Assembly (NCBI GenBank): GCA_964035545.1
Contig: OZ037771.1
Coordinates: forward strand, 2,305,628-2,369,627
DNA: 64,000 bases
Source of the DNA: Bugula neritina
Lineage: Eukaryota > Animalia > Bryozoa
Reading direction: 5' to 3'
The notes below the pieces were generated by a model, which saw only the letters and a list, made by a program, of their open reading frames with translations, was not told the DNA's origin and did not search any database. The position numbers were made by a program, and so were the translations under genes. Shown here in pieces: positions 38,401 to 50,400 of the stretch; position 1 is the stretch's first letter; every line of letters begins with the position of its first letter.

Positions 38401-41400
38401 ACAACACTCGACTATTCAACATTTTCGATTTTAGTCATGGATTCAATTATATCACTTTTAATTCTACACAATGTGGAAAAGCCGAGGCTAAACGTGAATA
38501 TCCCTTCAGTTGTTTATTAGAGCATTTCCTGTTGAATTAAGGAATATGTGAGCAAGCTGTTCTCAGTTATAACTTCTATTTGTGGCCCAATGAGGGTTCA
38601 AGAATAAAACTATTTTCCAGGTGACCGAGGTGATAATGGTCTTAGCGGTGCAGATGGTAGACCGGGTGTTCCAGGACTACCTGGAGAACGAGGTATGCCA
38701 GGAAATAGAGGGGAGACTGGTGACACGGTGTTTGGAGAGCCGGGTGTTGATGGTAGAGACGGAAGACCAGGTGTTGGAGGGTAAGTAGTAATTACTAGAA
38801 CACTGGAATCAAAGCGGCGAACAACTATATATATAGATATACTTTAGATATTCATACAGTAGGCAAGTTTAAGGAAACATTGACTAACTATTATCATATA
38901 TACAGTGCTGTGAAAAAGTTTAAGGACGCCTCCCTGTTTTCTATAATAGCAATGTTCCAGGCTAATTTTAAGACATAACTAAAGCATTTCCATAGGCATG
39001 GTGCTTATCAAAATGATCCTTAAGATCTCCTTAACTCATTCATATAAATTATAAGTGTCTCTTTTTACATCCTCCAAAAATTAGGGTAAAACAATGACAT
39101 ACTATGCATATATGGGAATTATTCAATGTTCTCACAATTTGTGTGTACTGTAGGACATCAGAATATTTTACTTGAAACATAGAAAAATATTATATGTAAA
39201 TTGTTATACACCTTATAGCAGCATTGCAACACACAGTGCTTTAAATTTTAGTATCAATATTTTGTTGGCCAGCCTATATTCTTAATCGCAAGTCGGCAGC
39301 GACGAGGCATCGACTTGTACAGCTTCTCCAACTCGTTTTCAGTCACGACATGATGCCATGCATGAATTACAAGCTCTATGAGTGTCACCTTAGTTGTTGA
39401 CTTCTGTGAAGAGACTATTTTAGCCATTCTTGACCATGAATTTCTTATTGGGTTCAAGTCCCGGCTTTGTGCTGGCCAGTTAAGCGTTGAGACCCTCTGC
39501 TTTTTTAACCACTTTTTAACTGTTTTTGCCCAATGGCATGGTGCATTGTCATCTTCAAATATGTTAATTTCATTTAAAAAGAAGTTTTTTATGATTGGAA
39601 GAAGTTTAGCATTGAGATTCTCTATATATTTTTGAGCATGATTAACATCATTCCAAAGCAACTACTGAGTCCGGCTACACTTTTTGATGTTATACAACCC
39701 CAGAACATAACACCGATAGGGTGCTTAATTGTTCGAAGAATACATTAGGGGTTATATTTCTCATACTGGTACCTTTTAACACAACAGTTTCCATCATGAT
39801 TCTTTACATTAAATATGGATTCATCTGAAAAAATTACTTTTTTTCTAATCATTCACTGTCTAATTACCAGGCTCCCTGGCCCACCGTAACTGGCTTTTTT
39901 GCTGCTTCTCGGTTGGTTGAGGCTTCCTCTTGCTTTGCGGCCATGTAAACCATGGCTCAGCAATCTTGCCTTATCAGGGATGACGAAGCTGGTGTTCCTG
40001 TTGATTCTGACTATTCTTTGCCTACTCAAGACTTGTTTTATGGCAATCTTTCTTGCTCATCCCAATGAGAACCTTGTCATCTCTAGGTGTGCTTATTTTT
40101 GGTCGGCCATTTTTAGGTCCATCTGCTACACTACCAGTGTCCATAAACTTCTTAATAATTTGATGTACAGTTGTCTTTACTTTGCTAACCTTTTCAGATA
40201 TTTTCCTAATTGAATAACCTTCTTTGTGCAAGAAAATTATTACAAACTTTGCCTCTGAAGGAAGATTTACAGCTCTCATTTAGTCTATGCGCAGCGCCCA
40301 AGTAGACACCATGTAAAAGCTCACAACTAAATGACATATTTCAAATTATAAAAGGAAGTCATACTTTATGATATCATGATGCCATGCACAAAGTCAAATT
40401 TCCCTATTTAGCCTTTTGTGGTTATAAAAGTTGATAAACTTTGGTTACATAAAAATACAGGAGTTGCGCTTCCCTAGCTGCTTGTGCAGTTGGCCCAAAA
40501 ATGGGTAGAAAACATCACAACAGCAAAAGTTTAAAAGATGGAAATTGTAGAGCACATTCTAAGGGTCATTTTGATATATAGAACTTGCAGGAAAATATTA
40601 AGAACTTACAAGAAATGCCTATTAAACAAGATACATAGAAATTTCTGCAAGCGTCCTTAAACTTTTTCACATCACTGTACTATACTCTGTGTGCATTTCA
40701 GCTGTTTGATTGCCTAATGCCTAACTTTATGGTTCATGTCTTGTTATGGCTCTTTGAATTCGAATGGTGTAGTTTTTTATTTATTTATAGTGAGAATTCA
40801 CAAAGTATTTATAATTAGGTTAAATGCTATTAGATTACAACTCTTGTGTACGTATAGACTATTATATCAGCTGCCTTATGTTGTTTATAGTATTGTGAAT
40901 AAGCTATATTGAACATAGAACATGCTACTAGGTTGAGTCATAAAGAGAGAATCAAGAACAACATGTACATATGTAGCCTTTTCTCTTAAAGCTTTTAGTA
41001 GCTTTTTTCTGAAAGCTTTTTATGGCTTTTTATTTTAAAGCCAGTATATCAACAATGCTATAATACAACATTGTTCATCAAAGAAGTGTCATCAGTTTTT
41101 TCAGCGAAACTTTTAGTGATCTCTTGAACTGTTGTGAACACTAATTGGTTGTAGAATACGCGGTAACCGTGGAGACAAGGGAGTGAAGGGTATTAAGGGC
41201 CGGGATGGTATATACATTGGTACACAGTCTAGGGTGGGGCCCAAGGGAGAGCCCGGCGACCAGGGAGGCGTTGGATATGATGGGGGTCCAGGAGCGAGAG
41301 GCTATCCAGGTATGTTCCTTTCATCACCTTTGTCCTATTCTACCACACTTTCCCATTTAGCTCAATGACAAAGTCCCTTGGTGTTCAATCTATTCTCAGG

Positions 41401-44400
41401 ACATAACTTGATAGCTAATACTGACTTTTGTATGCACTCAATGCTTGCTGGGTTTTAAGGAAAATAATCTGTAGTTTTACTGTTTCTACAAGAGTTGATA
41501 TTTTTTAAAGCAATTAATTATAACTGAAAGATAAACTGGTTAGTTATTTATCATCAAGAGTTACTCAATGGTTTGAAATTAGAGCCTGAGTTTTAAGGAT
41601 TGTTGCTGTATAAATATACCTGGTGTGTAGGTTTACCTGCTGTGTACCATATATACCTGGTGTGTAGGTTTACCTGGTGAGAGGTGTCCATATTGCCCTG
41701 ACGGCTCTGCTGGACCTAAGGGACAAGCAGGGGAACCTGGCTTGTCAGGTGAACCTGGAACAAGAGGACCCCCAGGATTTCCTGGTCAACTTGGAGCTAA
41801 AGGTTACCGTGGAAGGCGAGGAAGATCTGGAGACAAGGGTTTTCCTGTAAGTATATATATTAGATACATTTCACAGTTGTATTGTATCACACTGTTTATG
41901 AGTGAAAACCTACTAAAATCATATCATCTTTACTCTTTCTATATTTAAACCCCATTCATCTTGTGGTTTTGATTTTTTTCAAAAGTAAGCTTTTGATCTT
42001 AGTTTTTGCAAACAAAAGAAGACAATTTCCTAATTTAAGTTTTAATGATTTGTTGTTGAGTATGAATAATGTTCAGGTGAAGGTCACCTGGTCATGTGAC
42101 ATTGCTATTTTAGGGAGACATGGGTACGCAGGGCAGACCGGGACAGCCCGGATCACGTGGAGACATCGGTTCTATGATTATGATGCCTTCTGAAGAACCG
42201 GAGCCAGCTGAGATTGGGTTGAAGGGTTCCAAGGGTGAACCTGGCTTGCCTGGACCTTCTGGTGATGTCGGATTTCCAGGATTCAAGGGTCGTACAGGTT
42301 TTCCAGGTAAAGGGTTTTTGTTGTTGAATTTAAAATATTTATTTAGCATTTATTTTATTTTCAGCAGCTAAAAACCTCTAAGTTTGTTCGCTGTTTGGAA
42401 ACTTGAGTTTGTTTAGTCAACATTTGTCTGTTTTAGGACCGAGAGGGGACCGGGGTTTTAATGGGTTGCCTGGTGTGGACGGAGCGGACGGATTACCAGG
42501 TTTACCGGGTAGAAGAGGACCCAGGGGCCGGAGCATTGATGGGCTGAAGGGAAGTCGTGGTGACGACGGCATGCCCGGAGTTCCAGGTGTGAGAGGATAC
42601 CCTGGCCTGAAAGGTGAGATTTATTACACCGTGAAACGGTGCAGACTGGGGTACTTTATTCACACCAGTAAGCGCTGAAATTTTGCTCGTCATTTGAATT
42701 CTAAGTTTTAAATTGCAAATGATAACAGGCTTGGCTGTTTATGATGCTGCGTGTTTTGAGTTGACAAAATTGTGATGTCATGAGGTTGAGTAGGATATTG
42801 CTAGTACATTAAAGGGGTAAAGTAACTTGTCTATAGTAATATTTAGAGCTGTTCTGTCCTCTATTCACTCAGTAAGCTTGTCATAAACTTACGGCATTAC
42901 AGCTCTCTTTAGGGGTTAGCAAATGGGTGGCATATATAAAGGCACTCTTAAAGTTCATGAGAGGATAGAGAGGGTAGTCAGTGCTTCAATGGTTTACATC
43001 CTATTGCTCAAGACAGTTATTACGATTATGTAATTAAGTTTTATGCAGCTATTTGGAGAACTGTACTTACCTGCCATGGTTCTTTTGCAGGTCTACCTGG
43101 AGATGATGGGCTACCTTTTCCTGCTCAAGCGGGTGAGCCAGGATTTGTTGGCACGCCAGGATTGCCGGGAAAGCCCGGAGCTGATGGTCTACCAGGTACA
43201 ATTACTAGAGTTTTTTTGTTCAGCTAGTTCACAGGACTTTGTGAGAAGATGTACAATGTATTTCATTCAATTGAGCTTGTCGACTGTTTGCGTAGGTTCA
43301 CGTGGGGACTTTGGTATTAATGGTCTACCGGGATTGGTGGGGCCGCGGGGAGACAAAGGAGAAGATGGGTCAGACGGATTTCCTGGTGCAAGAGGAAGGC
43401 GGGGCTCAAATGGTCAACCAGGTGACAAGGGCATTCGGGGAGATTTTGGAGATGATGGATTCCCGGGCATGCCAGGAGACAAAGGTTACGAAGGAACTGT
43501 TGGACCGCGGGTGAGCATGTAGTCTACGTGTCTTCTGTAATATTATATATGTCTACCAACTCAACACTTCTGCAGTGTGTATTGACAGATATTCATAACT
43601 ACGGCGTTTCCAAGCCACATGTTCTGTTGTATATTAGAACTAAATTAAAACTGCTCTAATAATTTGAAGATTCCAGTGCGGTTTGCAAAAGTAAACATAA
43701 TTTCATAAATATATTAAAATAACTTGGTATTGGGTTTATGATTGCAAAAAAGCATTGCTCAATCACAAAAAATGAGAATTACTCTGAAAACTTAAATTAT
43801 GTAACTTATGATAAAGGAATTCATATTAGGCTTATTTTAAACTTTCAAATCTCTTCTATTTAATTTTGCACTAATCTGTAAAATTTACAATTTCTAAGGG
43901 ATATCCTGGTTTGAGTTATCCGGGTCGACAAGGAGCAAAGGGTGGGAAAGGTGAAAATGGAGAACCCGGTTTGCCTGGTCCTGCTGGAGAAAAGGGAGAG
44001 AAAGGAGAAATCGGAATAACTGGCGACTTTGGTTTTGATGGTTAGTTAATGATTGCTAAAGTAGAGTTTATCTTTTTTGGTCTCTGTAGAAGTACATCTC
44101 TCTTTAAGTACAGCAAGCTTGTGGTCTGTGTAAGAAAGTCATGTGATGTGATGCAATAACTTGTGACGTCATGTCATGCCATGCAAGAAGTTGTTATGTC
44201 ACATTTGTTTTGAATATATTAAAAGTTTATGGTTTATATTTGACTTTGATTTTTTTTAAATTCAGTTTAAATAGTATTTAATAGCTTGATATAATTTAAT
44301 AAAGTTATGCAATATTTTCAGCAAAGTTTTATAGTGCTTCACATATTCGCCACTGTTAAAGTTTAAACCTCAAACCAATAGAAAATTAACTTATAATTTC

Positions 44401-47400
44401 TGTTAGAAGGCGTCCAGCCTATCAAGATTCTAAGTTTATAAACTGAATGATACTTGTCCACCACTCTATTCATTTCCTGTGAGGTTTATTGTAGGGCCAG
44501 ATGGTCTTCCCGGCACTCCTGGTGCAAAGGGAGAACCAGGTATCGATGGCTACCCTGGATTCCCTGGTTCAAAGGGGTTCGATGGATTCTCTGGAGATAA
44601 GGGATATCGAGGTGAGAACTGCAGATGGCGCTCAACTGTGTTGTTGTATGCTTTGGGTTTAGTCAGGTTCAGCCATATTGTGCTTCTGTGAAATTCTTTG
44701 CTTATCCAAATTTTTTGTAATCAAAAAGTATGTGTGATGTCACAGAACATGGGTTTTGCTAACACACACAGCTGCCTGCTTTGAACTCAGTGGAATTGTG
44801 TGGCGTCAATTATTAGTTTCTAAAGTTTTTTTGTCCCGAGTTCAGATTTAATAGCAACACTAGGTTTTTATTCAGAAGTATGGCTGTGATTTTAGTTATC
44901 ACTATAACTAAAATCACAGCCATACTTCTGAATAAAAACCTATATGATGCCATGTATTTCAAATCTTGGTGGTGAACGAAATATTGTGGAACGTTGCATC
45001 ATGTATAATAATAATAATACACACAGGTCTAAAAGGAGATAAAGGTATGCGTGGTGAAACTGCCTTTAATGGGTTGGATGGAAAAGATGGAGCTATGGGT
45101 GCCCCTGGTGAAAAGGGAGATGATGGTACACCTGGACCCGATGGTAAACAAGGGAGAGTTGGTGACAGGGGAGCTGATGGAATATCCGGAGATGAAGGTA
45201 TACTTGAGGTTTATCTTCTATTCCCAATCATTATGCTCACTTGAAAACCTGTGTTTTGCACTACATTTCATTTGCATTTAGTTTATCTTTTTATACTAGC
45301 TTTTTAAGGAAAAATAATTTGTATTATTGTAATGAGAAGATCTAGATTTTGTTGCTGAAAGCTGTAAAAATTGTAGTTTTGTGTGTTTTCTCACCATAAT
45401 TGCTTCTGTGTTCATCCTCTAGCTCCAGGTAAGTGGCTGTCTTTTGATGTGCATTTTGATGGTTAGGTTGTGCAATTCATGTTCACTGTCTTAGCAGACA
45501 CCATTTCTGATACATACATTAGTTGTAATAATCAGCACAGCACTATTATGTTAGTATCACCTAGACACTTGTAATGCATAGAAAATGTGATGCATATGAA
45601 CAGAATGTCAACTGATTACATAAGATACCAACACATGTACAATATGTCTGCCTTGCTTACTGTGCATTGTATGTATTTGCATAATGTTGTGTGGCTGAGA
45701 ATTCTACAGTCCTACCTTCTTCATTCCCACAACTCTCTTGCAATTAATTGTCTTTCCGCAGTCACATGACTTATACTGTCACATGACTTATACAGTCACA
45801 TGACTTATACTGCCACATGGCTTATACAGTCACATGACTTATACTGCCACATGACTCTTTGCAGTCACATGACTCTTTGCAGTCAAGTTGCTTTCTTCTG
45901 TTGCATGATTCTTGTAGTTGATCTCCGAGAATGTTGACCATTTCTTGAGTTGTAAAATTCTACTCAGACACATGACTTGCGTGGTTGTATAATATATCTA
46001 ATTGTTGCACAGGTGTGAAGGGAAGACAAGGAGATACCGGTCCACCTGGTAAAGTTGGTCCTTTAGGTGACTTTGGTGAACCCGGGAGGAAGGGTGCACG
46101 TGGGCCCTATGGAGATCCCGGTAGAGATGGATTTCCTGGCAGAGATGGTAATATTCCAAATCTTTCCTTTGTCATAGTTCGTCCAATCAAGTGGAAATAT
46201 TTTCAAAGTTTTTTTCAATTCATTTGATGTTGAATTTCTTGAAAACGAAATTTAATATTTTAGGCATTCTGGGTCAGAAGGGAGTTGATGGACTGAATGG
46301 ATTGGATGGTCTTCCTGGTGCGCCTGGAGCTAAGGGTTATCCCGGACTAAGTGGAGACAAAGGTTTCCCAGGAATTGCTGGTTTTACGGGATTGGATGGA
46401 GCCAATGGTGTGAATGGTGAACAGGGATACCCTGGTCTTCCTGGAGAGCCAGGTTTTGGTTATGATGGCAGACCAGGTGGGTCTTATACCCCTGTTTGGA
46501 GGGTGACTCATAGCATGGTCTTTCTTGAAGTCACATATATCAAGTAGAAAGCTAAGTTTTGGCTCTCCTCCTATTTTATGTCTGTATGGACTGGTATACG
46601 GTTTGCTGGAATCAGTATAACCCATCATGTTGGCTCTGCAGACAACTTACACTATGTTATGTAGAAATTGACGTTTATTTTTAACTTATTTTTAAATGGT
46701 GAAAATTTTATGCATATGTGTATTGTGTTTAAATGGCGAACTTCCCTGTCATGAAGCATCTGTCTGTTTGCTGAATCTAAAATCATAGAGAGAAGCAAAC
46801 ATCTGTCTTCTGTAACCATTTTCATATGATTGGCTGTTGGTCTATTTACCTACTGAAATACTTAGATATGATTGGCTGTTGGTCTATTTACCTACTGAAA
46901 TACTCGCATATGATTGCCTGTTGGTCTATTTACCTACTGAAATACTCGCATATGATTGCCTGTTGGTCTATTTACCTACTGAAATACTCGCATATGATTG
47001 GCTGTTGGTCTATTTACCTACTGAAATACTCACATATGATTGGCTGTTGGTCTATTTACCTACTGAAATACTCACATATGATTAGCTGATCACCTGCATT
47101 GCTCTCTATACTCCCTGCAGGTAATAAAGGTGCAGTAGGTGACTCTGGTGTCAGAGGTCTAGATGGTTTGCCTGGGCCAAGGGGAGAGGCTGGCCTTGAC
47201 GGACCTCCTGGTATGAAAGGAGAAGTTGGTGTCAAGGGCTATAGTGGAGATTACGGTGGATACGGAGTTAATGGTAGACCTGGTGATCCTGGTGTCAAAG
47301 GTGCAGCCGGACAGCCTGGACTTCAGGGTCTCGATGGACTAGATGTAAGAATATTTAGTAACAGGTTCTGTATAAAAATATGTGCTTAAAGATGGTTTTG

Positions 47401-50400
47401 CTACTGAAAGCACAATTTTACGCAAGTTTTTATAATTGTTGTTTATATTGAATATAATCCAAAAGTCTATTTTTGCAACTGTTTTAACATTTATTATTAT
47501 GGATTTGAATAGTAAACCTATGTTTAAACAGGGGCTTAGAGGTGCTAAAGGGTATTCCGGCTTACCAGGAGACGCTGGCCCACGTGGTTTTGTGGGTGTC
47601 GTAGGTAACAAGGGTCCAAGAGGTGAAGATGGAAACGCCGGACCTAAAGGAGATCTGGGAGATGAAGGACCTCCCGGTAAAACTCATTCATAGAGCCAAA
47701 GCCACCTCTTTTATTATTTGTAAATGTGCTTTGGTTGCCATGACTTGGACTTACTCTTTATATAAATTTCTGACATGTGTCTCTATGAGATAAACTAAGA
47801 GTGTCTATACTTACATAATGCAGACCTCATCGTATTCTCAACTTGTGTTTCAAGGTCGAATAAAGGGTAAGTGCATGCAATGCACCAGTACTCTCTTATG
47901 TGTGCTGCATAGAAAAAATCACTTGGTCAACGTCAATTATTGACCAATCACATTGTAGGCTAGAGTCCAGTTCTTTCATTTCTCTCATCACTTATCTTCT
48001 AGTATTGCAGCACTGGGCAGTTAGACTTCTACAGCACTCAAGTTGTATTCTGGTATTTGAGTAGAGACTGTATGTATATTATGTCAACATAACCGCATGG
48101 AAACTGTTCACATTAGTCATAGTCTCTTATTGTTAAGTAGCAAGTGACAAGAATATTATACTGCAAAGTGATCACTTCGTGGTAGCATAGAGGCATGTGT
48201 TATAAATATGTTGGTTATGCACACTCGGAGTTGTACTCTCTTTGTTGTATATGTACTATATACGTGAATCATTGCTAATACTAGTAAACACACAGCGCAC
48301 TGTTTCATGGTGACACTTTCTTTCTCAAGTCATTTTCTTATTTTTTTTCATTTGTAATAAAAAAATAATATTTTTAATATTTCGAAGTGAATGTTTTTAA
48401 GTTATAAAATCTATCTTCTACTCACTAAATGCAATATTTTATGAGTTAAGTTGAAATTTAGGATTATTTTAACACTTGCCAGGTAAAAACTAACAGGTGT
48501 TATGTGTATTTTGACTGCACAGTGTACAAATACAAACTCTCAGGTTGATAGTTTTCATAACGAGGCTTGGAACTGCTCAAAGAAAACTTTACTTTGTTTC
48601 TGTAGGGCAGCCTGGAGACCCGGGAATGATCGGCATTGATGGTATGGACGGTCAACGGGGACAGCCCGGAGCAGACGGCCTTCCAGGATATCCTGGCCAA
48701 GCGGGTGATCCTGGAATGCTTGGACCTCCAGGTCGACCTGGAAGAAAGGGGCAAGATGGATTAGATGGTTGGTTGATAAACTGACATATATTGTACTCTG
48801 AGATTCAATGTAGGACTAAGTGAAGGACTACAGGAAAACATTTATGTTGTTAACTGACTCAGCATTCTTTACAAGTTTTTGATATAAAATATTTAAAAGC
48901 AGGTAAATTTTACATCAGCTATAAACAGCCAAGTGTGTACCTGCACTCTTCTCATCAGTAGCAACCAAAAGGTTTCTAGAATCTTCTTGGCATAGAAATA
49001 TACACATCATAGCACTAACCCTGCAGAATTTAAAAATACATAAATGTGTTCTTGATCCATTAGCTAATACGTAAATGGTGTCTTAGCTAAGTGTTTGGTG
49101 TTTATAATTTGTGAGGTATATTTATTGTGTTGGTTAAAGTTGGTGAGCCATAGTCATTTTTATACGAGTGCAGGTAGCAGACTATGTTAGTATAGCTATA
49201 ATATTTGGCAGTTCTCTCCCCTTGCTTGAAGTTTTAGTTATTCTGCTGTGGAGTTGATTTGATTTATGTGTAGGTAGGCAATTGCATTGCGTTATTTGGT
49301 AGATTGGAAAATTAACCTCATGGGTGGTGTCATTAGGTGCTGATGGATTACCCGGAGTTAAAGGACAAAAAGGTCAGAGGGCTACTGATATAGTTGATGG
49401 CTTACGAGGGGAACCAGGAGATAATGGGAAAGATGGGGAACCAGGTGTGAATGGTCCTAAGGGTCCTCCCGGAGATTTTGGTTTACCAGGTTTTGATGGA
49501 GATATCGGAGACTCAGTATCCGGGCCGAAGGGTAACCGGGGAGAGCCAGGAGACTCTAGTGGTTCTGGTACGTCCTCTGAGCTCTGTACCAACTCTGTGT
49601 GGTCTGCAGTAACTCTCTAACTATATGTAACTATAACTATTAACTCATGACTCTATCAAATGTAACTCTGTAGTTATATGTAACTATAACTATTAACTCA
49701 TGACTCTATCAAATGTAACTCTGTAGCTATATGTAACTATAACTATTAACTCGTGACTCTATCAAATGTAACTCTGTAGCTATATGTAACTATAACTATT
49801 AACTCGTGACTCTATCAAATGTAACTCGAGAAATCCATATTAGATGATAGAACAAAGCTATTATAGTAAGGTGGTCATAACACAAAGTATAACCCTGCTT
49901 CGTACTCGTAGTTGATGTTTATGCCAATGCATGCAGGTCTACTGCCTACCATGTATAAAAACGATTTAATTAAAATTGTGTTTTATTTTCCGTTTAGCGT
50001 CCCGAGGTATAAAATAGTGATTTTTGCAGTATAGTGCCTGTACTACACTGTACTACACTGTACTACGCCGTACTACGCCGTACTACGCCGTACTACGCCG
50101 TACTACGCCGTACTACGCCGTACTACGCCGTACTACGCTGTACAACACTGCATTCTACTTAGGATAGCATGTTCCTTCACTATAATGTTCCACTACTTTG
50201 GAATATAATGCATGGGAAATGTTCACGTTGTGAGAAATAAATCACATAGTAGATTGTGTACACAAGAATGAATTGTCAAACACACTCTGACTGAAGTTGT
50301 TTCTCTCACTGTTAATCATGCACTCCTTAGTTTTTAGTTGTCATTATAGTTAATTTTTTAGCTAGTAAGAACTCTCTCGCGCTTTGATAATGATATTATA

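Noticed and set aside
7750-41700. CxxC motifs in helix interruptions (GECRVCLPG in alpha2-like; ERCPYCPDG in alpha1-like) and multiple RGD triplets
   Set aside because: Cys-containing interruptions at this position and RGD triplets are known features of collagen IV chains; not novel.
14740-47089. Repetitive ORFs 14740..14946, 29515..29736, 46826..47089 and 46837..47085
   Set aside because: Translations of intronic minisatellites with no splice or phase support.
493-49592. Numerous Pro/Gly/Ser-rich ORFs antisense to collagen exons (e.g. 493..675, 5915..6199, 42110..42349, 49374..49592)
   Set aside because: Reverse-complement shadows of Gly-X-Y codons.
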